DNA of 64,000 bases from an uncultured virus (IMG/VR IMGVR_UViG_3300025000_000080) (lineage: Duplodnaviria > Heunggongvirae > Uroviricota > Caudoviricetes), in the IMG/VR virus record IMGVR_UViG_3300025000_000080, positions 1 through 64,000 of that record, one strand, 5' to 3'. The position numbers were made by a program, and so were the translations under genes. Within the stretch, counting starts at the first letter, position 1, and every line of letters begins with the position of its first letter. Below the pieces are notes generated by a model. It saw nothing but the letters and a program-made list of their open reading frames with translations, was not told the origin of the DNA and did no database searches. Of this stretch, positions 46,817 through 56,313 are shown piece by piece.

Positions 46817-47121
46817 CTCAGATCCTCCAGCACCAGGCCGTATGCACCCGCCTTAATTGCTTCACGTCGCGCCTCGTACACAGAGAAGTCCGAATGGTCC
46901 CGAGCATAGTAGCTAAGCTTTCGCGCCTCAAGCCACTCTTCATACCGTGCCTGACGTTCTGCCATCTCCTCTTTCGGACACGAGTAGCCTTCTGGTTCTC
47001 CCATGGCTCGAGCCACATCCGAACCGGCATTGATCTCGATCCATGTCTCAGGAGCGGTGCAGGCCCTGTCCACCATGAAGGGGCAGACGAGGCAGAAGGA
47101 ATGTTGACAGTCGAAGGCCAT
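46813..47121 (-). CDS. Hypothetical Cys-rich protein
   Basis: GAGGTG RBS. Confidence 0.55.
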   Translation of the reverse strand: MAFDCQHSFCLVCPFMVDRACTAPETWIEINAGSDVARAMGEPEGYSCPKEEMAERQARYEEWLEARKLSYYARDHSDFSVYEARREAIKAGAYGLVLEDLS

Positions 47122-47131
47122 GAGTCACCTC

Positions 47132-47512
47132 TCAATCGTCGTCTTCTTCGTCTTCCCACAACTCTTCGATCTGAGCGCAGACACGCTCGCGAGCAGGAAT
47201 GGAAAGCCCGCCAATGTCAGACCACGGTATGGACGATGGATTCTCGATCCAGTGGTTCATAAGAGTTTCCCACATCTCCGTGTAAATCCAGGTACAGAGC
47301 AGTGTATCTCTGATCTCACGACAGACAAGGCACGTCCGGTGATAGTCTGGACTTCCACCCCATATGCCGAACACATACTCGTACTGGTCACCGGGATTGA
47401 TCGTCCCGCCACACTCACCACAGCGATACTGCTTCTTGGCGCAACGGAATGAGACACGATGGACCGTAGGTGAACAGTTATCTGTGTCTACATAGATACA
47501 CGCGCATGCCAT
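47132..47512 (-). CDS. Hypothetical Zn-finger phage protein
   Basis: CAKKQYRCGECGGTINPGDQYE..TCLVC. Confidence 0.65.
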   Translation of the reverse strand: MACACIYVDTDNCSPTVHRVSFRCAKKQYRCGECGGTINPGDQYEYVFGIWGGSPDYHRTCLVCREIRDTLLCTWIYTEMWETLMNHWIENPSSIPWSDIGGLSIPARERVCAQIEELWEDEEDDD

Positions 47513-47520
47513 GAGTCACC

Positions 47521-48516
47521 TCACCACAGCCATTCACGACAGTTCTGAAGGTCATCGGGCCACTCGGACATGTCGCCGCCGGCGGGGTCATTCAGGAATC
47601 GGTAGAAGCCGTTGGGCTTCCCTTTGGGCAGCGTGACGCCCTGCGCTGATATCCGGTCTGCAACACTGAACGGCTTACTCCCCACCTGCTTCAGCCGGAA
47701 CCCGATGCCCAACTCCCGGCACTGGTCCCGGAGCGACCGGACCCACGACAGATCCGTGGGCCATGCCCCGCGTCCGTTCGAGCCGTCGAAGATGACAAGG
47801 TTGGGCTTTTTGAAGCCATAGCAACCTCTCGCCCACGGGAAATCCTTCGGTGTCGGTATCTCATAGCGACATACCGACAGATCTAACCCCTCCTTCGGAG
47901 TCAGGCTGACGACGCGCCACCGAGCCGGGATCTGTGCGAGGTCCTGCCATCGTCGCTCGAGCAGATCCTGCGTCGATGCACTGGCGCCGAGGATGAGGTT
48001 GGGCAGGGGCCATCGTGGATTGTCAGGGAATGTGGCTGCTATCCCATGGTTGTCGAGATGACGAAAGCAGTCCGCCAGAGGTACGCCGATTTGTGCTATC
48101 CACTCGAACCGCTCCCGGAGCACATCCGGCCACTTGGTCAGCATCAGGCACATGTGCTGAGGCGTGGCGGCGATGACTCCCATGACGGCGGCGAAGTATT
48201 CAGGCGGCGCCAGACTGATGTCACCCATGAACTGCACCGCGATCATGCGCGGATCTCGCCAGCACAAGGGTTGTTGGAGTCGTTCGGGAAGACTCAGCCA
48301 TTCTCCGGTCCATGTAATCCGGTTTGCGCCGTCCGGTGCCCATGTTTCCCGGGAGCCCGGGGTGTTCTTCGCTTGCCTCGGAATCTGCCCCAGCGCCCAG
48401 CAGTTCCGACCCTGTTCGCATCCCCTGCATCCATACCCGACGTTCCATGTCTCGCCTTTGAGTACGGCGCCGGTGTCGGGGTGAGTCTGATGGTTCAAAT
48501 ACTCGATGCCGTGCAT
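47521..48516 (-). CDS. DUF5131 (gp37/gp68) family protein
   Basis: IEY..TWN..GC..C..NCWA, MGD, TPQH..LTKWP, LPNLILG, WVRSLRDQC..KQVG. Confidence 0.85.
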   Translation of the reverse strand: MHGIEYLNHQTHPDTGAVLKGETWNVGYGCRGCEQGRNCWALGQIPRQAKNTPGSRETWAPDGANRITWTGEWLSLPERLQQPLCWRDPRMIAVQFMGDISLAPPEYFAAVMGVIAATPQHMCLMLTKWPDVLRERFEWIAQIGVPLADCFRHLDNHGIAATFPDNPRWPLPNLILGASASTQDLLERRWQDLAQIPARWRVVSLTPKEGLDLSVCRYEIPTPKDFPWARGCYGFKKPNLVIFDGSNGRGAWPTDLSWVRSLRDQCRELGIGFRLKQVGSKPFSVADRISAQGVTLPKGKPNGFYRFLNDPAGGDMSEWPDDLQNCREWLW

Positions 48517-48527
48517 AGTTATGCTCC

Positions 48528-48860
48528 TCAGTTGCCAGTGTCGGCTTTCAGTCCGCCATCACTGCGTTTCCCGTTGCACTCGTCGCAATACCAAGCGGGT
48601 CGGAGTTGAGCGCCACCGGTCTCGTCAGATTCAAAACAGAGCCAGCCACCATCGTTTTCGGCCCACGTCTTCGAGCATCCGCCGAAGCATGAATACTTAG
48701 AAACGACGTCGACAACGGCTCCATCACGTATCGGATTCGTCCCCAGATCAAGCCGCTTCACCACCACCTCCGGACCCGCATCCATAGCGCTCGAGCCATG
48801 AGAACCACCGTCCCGATGTACGGAAGCAGGACAAGAATCGGCTGAATCTCGAGCCAGCAC
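48528..48860 (-). CDS. Hypothetical protein
   Basis: Cys-containing ORF; start uncertain. Confidence 0.35.
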   Translation of the reverse strand: MLARDSADSCPASVHRDGGSHGSSAMDAGPEVVVKRLDLGTNPIRDGAVVDVVSKYSCFGGCSKTWAENDGGWLCFESDETGGAQLRPAWYCDECNGKRSDGGLKADTGN

Positions 48861-48891
48861 GGAAACAGCCCGTGTAGTAACAACAGCGACG

Positions 48892-49647
48892 TCATACTTC
48901 CCTCATCATCTGGTGAAATTTGGCGACTCGTTTTTTAAACAGGTCCCAGTAGTGTTTCATCTCCCAGGGAGCCAACCGGATGATCTGGGCTTCCTGGCCA
49001 GGGACGGCGATCACGATCATGCCGTGTTTGATACCACCGTATGGATGACCGTATAACCGGTTCACAGCCGCACAGTAGCCCGCCGTCTGACACCGATAGT
49101 CATCCAGGAAGCCTTCCTTCTTCACCTTGTCCGACGTCTTCCAGTCGAGCACAACTGGCACACCGCCGACAATCCCGGGCCACTCGACATGAGCAACAAG
49201 GTCGGTGCTACCGGCAAACCCGTAAGGGTGCCAGACGACGCCCTCGACAAGGTAGGGACGAATAATCATCGGGAAGACGTGTTGGATCGACTCCCAGTAG
49301 GGAGCAGCCACGTCAGCGATGACGACGGGTTGAGTTGTGAGTCTCGCCTCAGCAGCGGCATGCATCCCCGTCCCGCGATCAGTCGCCCGGTGGCTGATAA
49401 GGTTGGCTTCGAACTCGCCAACACGCTTACGCCACTCATCGAGTTTTGCTTTGTCCCGAGGAGTCTTTGTTGCGGCCAGGATGGTAGTCACGCCTGCGAA
49501 CTGGTGACCATCAGGTAAGGAGTAGTAGCGGAACATGTCACGCCAGACATGTTGGCCTGAGAATGGCGTGAGGGGAGCGCCCACGGGCGGACCTTGTATC
49601 AACTCAGCTTTTTCGTTCCACCGCCCTACCTGCTTCCGCATGCACAC
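48892..49647 (-). CDS. PD-(D/E)XK exonuclease
   Basis: GVTTIL, WRKRVG, RGTGMH, FAGSTD, LDWKTS, QTAGY. Confidence 0.88.
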   Translation of the reverse strand: MCMRKQVGRWNEKAELIQGPPVGAPLTPFSGQHVWRDMFRYYSLPDGHQFAGVTTILAATKTPRDKAKLDEWRKRVGEFEANLISHRATDRGTGMHAAAEARLTTQPVVIADVAAPYWESIQHVFPMIIRPYLVEGVVWHPYGFAGSTDLVAHVEWPGIVGGVPVVLDWKTSDKVKKEGFLDDYRCQTAGYCAAVNRLYGHPYGGIKHGMIVIAVPGQEAQIIRLAPWEMKHYWDLFKKRVAKFHQMMREV

Positions 49648-49775
49648 TCCGAAAAAGACCCGTCAAGACATCACCACACAAGGAGATACTGAGAACGTCA
49701 TTACGTCTTGACGGTATGTAATAGAATGTCATGCGGAATAGAAAGAGTCAACTGGTATTTTAATGAAGGGCAGGT

Positions 49776-50027
49776 TTAAGCGGCAGAAGCTTCGGGAATG
49801 GCTACGTGCAGATGAGCAGCGCACTTGCTGCACACATCTCCGGCCCACCAGCAAGGACTGAATCCGGCCGGCGCGTGGTCGAACGCGACACGGATATGCC
49901 GCTCCGTCTCCACGGGACTGATGTTCAACCCGGAGCAGAACTCTCTCATCTCCTCCCGGGTGTCAAACTCCATGGTGCACGGATCGTCATCCGTGCACCC
50001 GCAATGTTTACAGCAAACGTGTCCCAT
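49776..50027 (-). CDS. Small Cys-rich protein
   Basis: CKHCGCTDDDPC..CWW..CSKC; AGGAGG RBS. Confidence 0.6.
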   Translation of the reverse strand: MGHVCCKHCGCTDDDPCTMEFDTREEMREFCSGLNISPVETERHIRVAFDHAPAGFSPCWWAGDVCSKCAAHLHVAIPEASAA

Positions 50028-50029
50028 GT

Positions 50030-50281
50030 TCAATCCTCCTTGATTACTTCGGCATCCAACAGTCGTCGCAGCAGCACAACACATCTGTATTTATCGTTGC
50101 CCGGTGGCACGTCGAGTAACACACCGAGACTGGTTTTCAACTCGCCGCGCAGCCAGTCAATGAAGTCCCCGAGAGGCATTGTCGGGAGGTCCGACCGCGT
50201 GAACATCGTGTCACGCATCTGGGACACGATGTCGATAGGGGAGCCTTGAAAGGAAACACCGTCAGCAAATAAAATCTGCAT
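50030..50281 (-). CDS. Hypothetical protein
   Basis: ATG at 50281; first gene after divergent promoter. Confidence 0.5.
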   Translation of the reverse strand: MQILFADGVSFQGSPIDIVSQMRDTMFTRSDLPTMPLGDFIDWLRGELKTSLGVLLDVPPGNDKYRCVVLLRRLLDAEVIKED

Positions 50282-50354
50282 TTGTCGCCTACTGGGAAAG
50301 CTGCTATACTGCTGTAAACGATTTACTATAGTAAACAAGCAAGCTGTTGAGTTC

Positions 50355-50383
50355 ACTCTAGTCGCAGCGGACAACCCTGTCAA
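50355..50383 (-). promoter_or_regulatory. Promoter TTGACA-N17-TAGAGT, divergent from repressor
   Basis: Direct reading. Confidence 0.6.
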
Positions 50384-50401
50384 TGTATTTTTGAGGGCGG
50401 C

Positions 50402-51148
50402 ATGAAGTTTAAGGAAGTTCTGGCGCAACTACTTAAAGAGAAAGGGCTTTCGTCGCGTGATCTCGCCAGGTCAGTGCATATCAGCCCATCTGCACTGACG
50501 AAATATTCCCAAGGGGCAACTCCGGGACTGGATGTCGCACTCAGGATTGCCGATGCGTTGGATGTGTCACTAGACTACCTGACAACGGGAGTCGAGCCAA
50601 GGAAGAAATGCCCGGATGTTGATCATCACGCAATTATCGAGGAATTCGGTCTTGGCGAACTGGCACTACTCGCGAGTCTGGGCACGCAGGCTCCTATCTG
50701 GCAGATTACCAAGGTGCTGCTCGAGTACATTCCCCGGGCGGTCACTTTTGACGAACTACGAGCGGCACTTCCGGCGCTGAGCGAGCAGACCTTACATGCC
50801 GCACTACTGGCCATGCGGATCAAGTCCGTCGTGGTCGAGTCGAATGGTGGCTACCGCCTGGGTGACAACGTCCCCGAGTACGAAGCTCGACAGTTGGGCG
50901 ACATCGGCCAGCATGTCAAGGTGGCGCTCGATGCCTTGTTTGGCCATGTAATCCCAGCTATTGAACGCCAGGACAGCACCGGGCACCTGTTGACGATGAC
51001 AGCAGAGGTCCCCGACGATGTAGGGCGCGATCTGATTCATCGGCTTCGCGTTGAGACCCGACGTTACAGCAAGGCAGCAATGGCTAACCATGGCAACACA
51101 ACCGTGTCGGTTGTGTTAGGACTTGCAGTAGACAAGAAAAGCGACTAG
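50402..51148 (+). CDS. XRE-family HTH repressor with C-terminal wHTH-like domain
   Basis: LKEKGLSSRDLA..SALTKY..PGLDVALRIADALDVSLDYL. Confidence 0.88.
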   Translation: MKFKEVLAQLLKEKGLSSRDLARSVHISPSALTKYSQGATPGLDVALRIADALDVSLDYLTTGVEPRKKCPDVDHHAIIEEFGLGELALLASLGTQAPIWQITKVLLEYIPRAVTFDELRAALPALSEQTLHAALLAMRIKSVVVESNGGYRLGDNVPEYEARQLGDIGQHVKVALDALFGHVIPAIERQDSTGHLLTMTAEVPDDVGRDLIHRLRVETRRYSKAAMANHGNTTVSVVLGLAVDKKSD

Positions 51149-51218
51149 TATCTCCACTGCGGAGCTGGGCGAGTATTGCTGAGTGGGGCTGTATAAAACC
51201 CCAACTACCGAGGTCGTA

Positions 51219-51440
51219 ATGAAAAGAATCGCTGTGTCCGTAATTCTGGCAGGATGTTTGGTTTCTCAGGAGGCTTATGCTGGTGGCATGATCATTGAGT
51301 CGATCAAGGCCGCCATTCAGCAGCACTGGCAGATGCAGAAGGGTAAGGGAGAGAAGGTTCAGAAGCAGATCCAGCCACCACAAACGCTACTAGAACAGAT
51401 CGTCGATGCGCTGATGGAGAAGACCCCTCACAAGAAGTAG
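51219..51440 (+). CDS. Small secreted protein
   Basis: MKRIAVSVILAGCLVSQEAYA signal-peptide-like; GAGG RBS. Confidence 0.55.
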   Translation: MKRIAVSVILAGCLVSQEAYAGGMIIESIKAAIQQHWQMQKGKGEKVQKQIQPPQTLLEQIVDALMEKTPHKK

Positions 51441-51444
51441 GCGC

Positions 51445-51843
51445 TCACCACACTCCGGTGGCTGTTGCGATGGCAATCACAGCAGCCACCGCTGATACAG
51501 CACCAAGGACAGTGGCAAGAACCGTCCTGGGGAGGCGCCTCACCGGGGGAACTGTACGCCCAGGAAGTGGGTTGGGAGTGCCGCGCATGGGGAGTGGGGG
51601 CGGCGGGCACAGCGCTGGTAGACAGTTGTACCGGTTGAACGTCGGTTCCAACTTCACGACGCTCGCATGTTCCTCGATTATAACGAAATCCGGCGAGTGT
51701 TTCGACTGGATGGCCACTTCGGCGCGGCCCTGAGTCCCATACCTGAGTTGAGCGTACTTATCAGCCCGTTCCTTGGAGCCGAAATCCAACGAGCGAACGT
51801 ACATCGTGTCGCGATAGAGATCAAACCGCATAAGCACCTCCAC
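51445..51843 (-). CDS. Hypothetical protein with C-terminal TM helix
   Basis: Pro-rich linker then TM; own promoter at 51895-51936. Confidence 0.55.
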   Translation of the reverse strand: MEVLMRFDLYRDTMYVRSLDFGSKERADKYAQLRYGTQGRAEVAIQSKHSPDFVIIEEHASVVKLEPTFNRYNCLPALCPPPPLPMRGTPNPLPGRTVPPVRRLPRTVLATVLGAVSAVAAVIAIATATGVW

Positions 51844-51997
51844 GTCTGCTTCGATCTCCGTAGCCGCCCGGACAGCCCGGCCACCACATGATCAACTATG
51901 CGCGGGAGATGCACGACAGTCAAATACTATTTTAATCATTCACTAAAGTAAACAGAAGGGCAGGTATGTTGGCGAGGTTGTGAACGGTATTCTGTTG

Positions 51998-52387
51998 CTA
52001 CTCCTGCCCCCATCTTGGCGGGGCGACCTGACCTCGAGCGGGTTGGGAGAGCATACCCAGATAGACGGCCCGCTTCACGACATTGCCAACCTGGCCTGAT
52101 TTGATGCCTAAAGCGTCCGCTACCTCCGATATCGTGAGAACAGCATTGCGCTCGATTACGTATGCTACCACTCTGCCACGGGTGGGACTGTCGGTTCCAG
52201 ATCGTTTCGAGATCTTGCGAACAGCACCAGTCTCGGCAATGGGCTGTCCGAGGTAAACCTCTCGAGCACTACGCAACAAGTTGGCCTTTTTAATGAGTTC
52301 TTGCCCCTCCTTGATTATCTCCTCTGCTTTTTTTCGCAACTCTTGTTCATCTGCTTCCAACTGTTCGACTACCTTGTCCTTTTGCAC
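51998..52387 (-). CDS. Coiled-coil + HTH protein
   Basis: LTISEVADALGIKSGQVGNVVKR; AGGAGG RBS. Confidence 0.65.
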   Translation of the reverse strand: MQKDKVVEQLEADEQELRKKAEEIIKEGQELIKKANLLRSAREVYLGQPIAETGAVRKISKRSGTDSPTRGRVVAYVIERNAVLTISEVADALGIKSGQVGNVVKRAVYLGMLSQPARGQVAPPRWGQE

Positions 52388-52572
52388 GATTGACCTCCTT
52401 GTGTGGATTGGGGCCAGTATATGCCCGCAGTTTTGATATTATCAAGGATTATTTAATGTATCGGCATCTGGATCGGCGGCAGCGGCTATGGAAGATGAAC
52501 AGCGGAAAAGAGCAGGAGCAGCAAAATCGCAAGAAAAGACGAATCGATCAGAATCTGACGCTCCGTCCGGTG

Positions 52573-52887
52573 TCACACCCACTGGGCGAAGTGGAGATTG
52601 AGCCGGGCTCGCCCCGGCGTGCGCCACTCCGGTAACTCGGTTCTACCATTCCGGACGTATCTGGTGAACCGAAGACTACGGAGTGGCCGGGCTCGCCCCG
52701 GCACGGCTGGACAGTCATAATTCGGTGGCTCCCAGATCGCCAGCTCCGGGAACGCGCCCTCGAGCGCTAGAATGCCCGCCATTACGCCGCGGGTCTGGCG
52801 GGTCCACTCTCGTGCGACGGGCTCCTGGTGTGACAGGAATACGGCGACACTGACGAGTGCGACCATCAGGATGAGGAGGAAAAGCAT
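52573..52887 (-). CDS. Membrane-anchored hypothetical protein
   Basis: N-terminal TM; GGGGAG RBS. Confidence 0.5.
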   Translation of the reverse strand: MLFLLILMVALVSVAVFLSHQEPVAREWTRQTRGVMAGILALEGAFPELAIWEPPNYDCPAVPGRARPLRSLRFTRYVRNGRTELPEWRTPGRARLNLHFAQWV

Positions 52888-52975
52888 TGACTCCCCGTTG
52901 TTTGGGTTATGGTCCCGGTCACCCGGTACAAGACAGAGCGTATCACACGTAACACTAAAATACTACTTAAAAGTA

Positions 52976-53380
52976 TCAACGGTGCTTGATAGTCTTGCGC
53001 TGTGGACGCGCAGCGGGTTTGGCTGCCGCTGGAATGTCAACCCGGCCATTGGACGCTATCCACTCGCCAAACGCCTTTTTTGAGATGAGGATTCGATTCC
53101 CCACCTTACTGAAAACACGGTTGAATCCGTTGTGCTCAGCGTTGAACACCCACCATCGAAGTTGACTTTCCTTTTCGGGCCATGGCATGCGCTGGCACCA
53201 TTCCTTCAGCGGAATCCAGTCGTCAAGGCCATTCTCCGTCTGAATGATAGGAGGCTGACGAGCGCCCTGCGAGCGCTGTACCTGCTCCAACTGCGCCTGA
53301 AGTTGAGGCGCCATCACCGCTAATTGCCCCAGTAGATCTATCAATTCGCCTATCGTCAGGTCACGCACGTTCATATTCAC
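52976..53380 (-). CDS. Excisionase-like DNA-binding protein
   Basis: LRWWVFN..NGF..KVGNRILISKKAFGEWI; divergent from integrase across att site. Confidence 0.65.
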   Translation of the reverse strand: MNMNVRDLTIGELIDLLGQLAVMAPQLQAQLEQVQRSQGARQPPIIQTENGLDDWIPLKEWCQRMPWPEKESQLRWWVFNAEHNGFNRVFSKVGNRILISKKAFGEWIASNGRVDIPAAAKPAARPQRKTIKHR

Positions 53381-53737
53381 TCCAGCAAGGCACTGCTAGG
53401 AGTATGGACGAGGCGCAACCGGTCGTCAAGGACTTTTAAAATACTCTTTTACTTTTAAGCAGAGAATTATCTACCAACTGGGTGGAGATATTCGAGATAG
53501 CGAAATCTAATGGACAGCCAGATACCACTATGGCATGATCAAACGCAGTAGCCATTTCCTGCAGACGCTGCCGCTCATGCCGCTCTAGCACCAACAATAC
53601 TCGCCCGCACCCGTAGCATTTCCCGTAGCAGTGACACCTGATTCGGGACAGTAATCAGTAGCAATACGCTAACGCGACTCACTTGTAAGCCTGCGAAAGA
53701 TCGAAACAAGTGCTGTAATAGTCCAGTGTGCTTTCCC

Positions 53738-53782
53738 GATTCGTAATCAGCAGGTCGCCGGTTCGAATCCGGCCTTCGGCTT
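53738..53782 (+). other. attP core: 3' half of tRNA-Thr(CGU)
   Basis: GATTCGTAATCAGCAGGTCGCCGGTTCGAATCCGGCCTTCGGCT with no 5' half; next to integrase; CCGTAGCA repeats on both sides. Confidence 0.85.
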
Positions 53783-53793
53783 TCAACGAAATC

Positions 53794-53828
53794 AAGGGGT
53801 TGTGCCTGACTGGTGCAGCCCCTTTTTT
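53794..53828 (+). terminator. Intrinsic terminator after attP tRNA fragment
   Basis: AAGGGGTTGTGC...GTGCAGCCCCTTTTTT. Confidence 0.75.
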
Positions 53829-53871
53829 CGTTCCGGTCGCGAATCCGTAGCAGTCGCATCGGGAGGTATCC

Positions 53872-54972
53872 ATGGGCACTACCAAGCAGGGTAAGCGACT
53901 CCCACCGGGGATAATCGAGCGAGTCTACCCTACCGGACGGAAGGTCTACCGGGTCGAAGTCCGGATCAAGGGGTATGCACCCCAGGTGAAAACCTTCGAC
54001 CGCCTCCAGGACGCTAAATACTGGCAGGACACGACCAAGGCGGTCATTAGAGAAGAGAGGCTCAGACCCGATGTTGTGGCCCAGAGTCGCACCGTGGCAG
54101 ACCTGATCGACCGGTATATAGACGAGGTGCTTCCCAATAGGCCGAAGAGCGCCCGGGACACTGAGCGAGAGCTCTTCTGGTGGAAGGCGCAACTGGGAGA
54201 TGTAGCGTTGCCAGATGTCGCTGCCACCATGCTTACCCAGGCTCGAGACGATCTTGCACGAGGACTGACTCCCCGCGGTCAGGTCCGGACACCTGCCACG
54301 GTCAACCGGTACCTGGCTGCACTCAGTACCGCGTTCACCGCTGCAGTCAAGGACTGGGGATGGATGGATGCCAACCCGATGGTCAAGGTCCGAAAGCAGC
54401 GTGAACCTCGAGGCCGAACCCGGTTTTTGACCGACTCCGAGCGGGCACAGTTACTCGAGGCGGCGAAGCGTCAGAACCCGGCTATGTACCCGGTAGCAGT
54501 CCTGCTCATCTACACCGGTTGCCGGCTGTCCGAGATCATGGGCCTGCGCTGGGAACAGGTGGATATCGAGCACCGTCACCTGGTACTGCGCGAGGGGACG
54601 ACTAAGAACAGCGAACCTCGCTACGTCCCCCTAGCTGCACCTGCGCTGGGCGCAATCCGAGACTGGACGAACCATCACCGGCTACTCGGTGTGGATCTGC
54701 TCTTCCCTAGTACGATCGACACCTGTAAACCCCTGGACCTAAAGCGAGCTTGGGACGCATGCATCCGCGAGACTGGGTTACAGGGCGTCACCCGGCACAC
54801 GCTCAGACACACAGCCGCCAGCTACCTGATCATGTCCGGCGCCAGCCTCGCCGACGTGGCTGCTATTCTGGGTCACAAGTCCCTCCAGATGACCATGCGC
54901 TACTCCCATCTGTTAAACGCGCACAAGCAGGAGATCGTGGACCGCATGGCTGAGAAGTTCCCCTCCAAGTAA
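53872..54972 (+). CDS. int: Tyrosine integrase
   Basis: TGCRLSEI (R), TKN (K), HTLRH, LGHK..MTMRY. Confidence 0.95.
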   Translation: MGTTKQGKRLPPGIIERVYPTGRKVYRVEVRIKGYAPQVKTFDRLQDAKYWQDTTKAVIREERLRPDVVAQSRTVADLIDRYIDEVLPNRPKSARDTERELFWWKAQLGDVALPDVAATMLTQARDDLARGLTPRGQVRTPATVNRYLAALSTAFTAAVKDWGWMDANPMVKVRKQREPRGRTRFLTDSERAQLLEAAKRQNPAMYPVAVLLIYTGCRLSEIMGLRWEQVDIEHRHLVLREGTTKNSEPRYVPLAAPALGAIRDWTNHHRLLGVDLLFPSTIDTCKPLDLKRAWDACIRETGLQGVTRHTLRHTAASYLIMSGASLADVAAILGHKSLQMTMRYSHLLNAHKQEIVDRMAEKFPSK

Positions 54973-54979
54973 TCTCCTC

Positions 54980-55008
54980 TTGCATTACGTCCCGGCTGGT
55001 CGTATAAT
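54980..55008 (+). promoter_or_regulatory. Promoter TTGCAT-N17-TATAAT with operator in spacer
   Basis: Spacer GTCCCGGCTGGTC recurs inverted at 55321. Confidence 0.75.
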
Positions 55009-55035
55009 ACAGCGTACCCTTTTGCCGAGGACAAC

Positions 55036-55284
55036 ATGAACTATCTTACTCAAGACGAGATTGCTGAGCGATATGGCCGTAGTACACGGGCGGTGCGTCG
55101 ATGGCTCAGTGACGGGTTGCTCGCCGGTGATGCACTTACCGATGAGCAGGGGTGGGTACCCGCTGACCAGGCTAAAGATCTAACCGTCCGCCGTTACCGT
55201 ATTCCCCACGATGCGGTAGACGGGTTCATCTTGCCGAAAAAGCGGAATCCGAACCCGATTCCGCCGTCTCGAAAAAAATCGTGA
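55036..55284 (+). CDS. Small MerR/Xis-like HTH protein
   Basis: YLTQDEIAERYGRSTRAVRRWLSDG. Confidence 0.75.
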   Translation: MNYLTQDEIAERYGRSTRAVRRWLSDGLLAGDALTDEQGWVPADQAKDLTVRRYRIPHDAVDGFILPKKRNPNPIPPSRKKS

Positions 55285-55311
55285 TTTTTTTACGAAAGTG
55301 AATTTTACCTG

Positions 55312-55340
55312 TTGACATATGTCCAGCCGGGACATATAAT
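55312..55340 (+). promoter_or_regulatory. Perfect consensus promoter TTGACA-N17-TATAAT
   Basis: Exact consensus; palindrome ATATGTCC-AGCCG-GGACATAT spans the spacer. Confidence 0.9.
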
Positions 55341-55374
55341 CCTAATCAGATAATCGAGGTTGGGAGGACAACTA

Positions 55375-55623
55375 ATGACAGCAGCCCAGATCAGGACAAG
55401 GCGAAATTCAGAGAAGGCCGAGCAGATCGAGCGGCAGACTCAGCGGAACACCGCCAGCAGTCGCAAGATGATGGAGGCGCTTCAAGCGTTGGATATGGAG
55501 TCGAAGTCTGATGAGTGGATGCTGGCATTCGAGCAGTACGACATCCGGGAGTTGGCCCGGGGTACTGACGCAGTGGGGCAGCCAATAAAGCCGCCCTACA
55601 AGTATCGAAATGTGAAGTTGTAG
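55375..55623 (+). CDS. Hypothetical early protein
   Basis: GGGAGG RBS after consensus promoter. Confidence 0.65.
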   Translation: MTAAQIRTRRNSEKAEQIERQTQRNTASSRKMMEALQALDMESKSDEWMLAFEQYDIRELARGTDAVGQPIKPPYKYRNVKL

Positions 55624-55735
55624 TTTTCAGCGGGCGCCCTCAGCCCGACCCCGGCATTGTGCCGGAGTCCAACCCTGGCCCCGATACCGAGACGGTGGGG
55701 CCGAGAGCGGCGGGAAGCCGCAAGGGAGATGGGAG

Positions 55736-55951
55736 ATGGACGAGACACGGATCGAGTGGGCGGCGGTGGTGGACGCGAGTGGGGGTGTCGGTCGGTCCCT
55801 GCCCGTCCCGGTTGGCGGAACCGCAGGGGACGAACGCGATTCCGAACTCGGCAGGTACGCCACCGAGGCCGAGGCGGATGCTGCGCTCGAGGCTGCGTAT
55901 CCTGGTTGGGAGTGGCGCCGAGGGCACGTGTACGCTCACCCCGACTACTGA
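55736..55951 (+). CDS. Hypothetical early protein
   Basis: GGGAG RBS. Confidence 0.5.
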   Translation: MDETRIEWAAVVDASGGVGRSLPVPVGGTAGDERDSELGRYATEAEADAALEAAYPGWEWRRGHVYAHPDY

Positions 55952-56084
55952 CCCCGAGCCCGCCGGGAGCCTATCCCGGCTCGCTCCTCCGTGTCCCCGA
56001 TGACCGGGGGCAGAGAGGAACGACCCTTGACTTCCCTCTCCCCGCCGGGTATATCTCCAGAGGGGGATAACCGGAGGATACACG

Positions 56085-56285
56085 ATGAAATGGTACTCAG
56101 TTCGTGCGGCGGCCCGAGAACTCGGGTTCGCCGACAAAAACTCAATCCGCCAATTGGCGGACCGGAAACGGGCGCCGCTGCAACTGGACTATGCCCGGGA
56201 CCCAGAGGGCCAGCCCCTGGAGCCCAGGCAGCCCCTGGTTTCGGAGGCGGAGATTGCCCGGATTCGGGCGGAGCGGGCGAAGTAA
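56085..56285 (+). CDS. Small HTH protein
   Basis: WYSVRAAARELG..NSIRQLA; GGAGG RBS. Confidence 0.65.
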   Translation: MKWYSVRAAARELGFADKNSIRQLADRKRAPLQLDYARDPEGQPLEPRQPLVSEAEIARIRAERAK

Positions 56286-56313
56286 AATAATCCCCAATGG
56301 GTATCTTTTTCTG

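Noticed and set aside
53738..53782. Functional tRNA-Thr gene
   Set aside because: 5' half (acceptor and D arm) is missing; interpreted as attP
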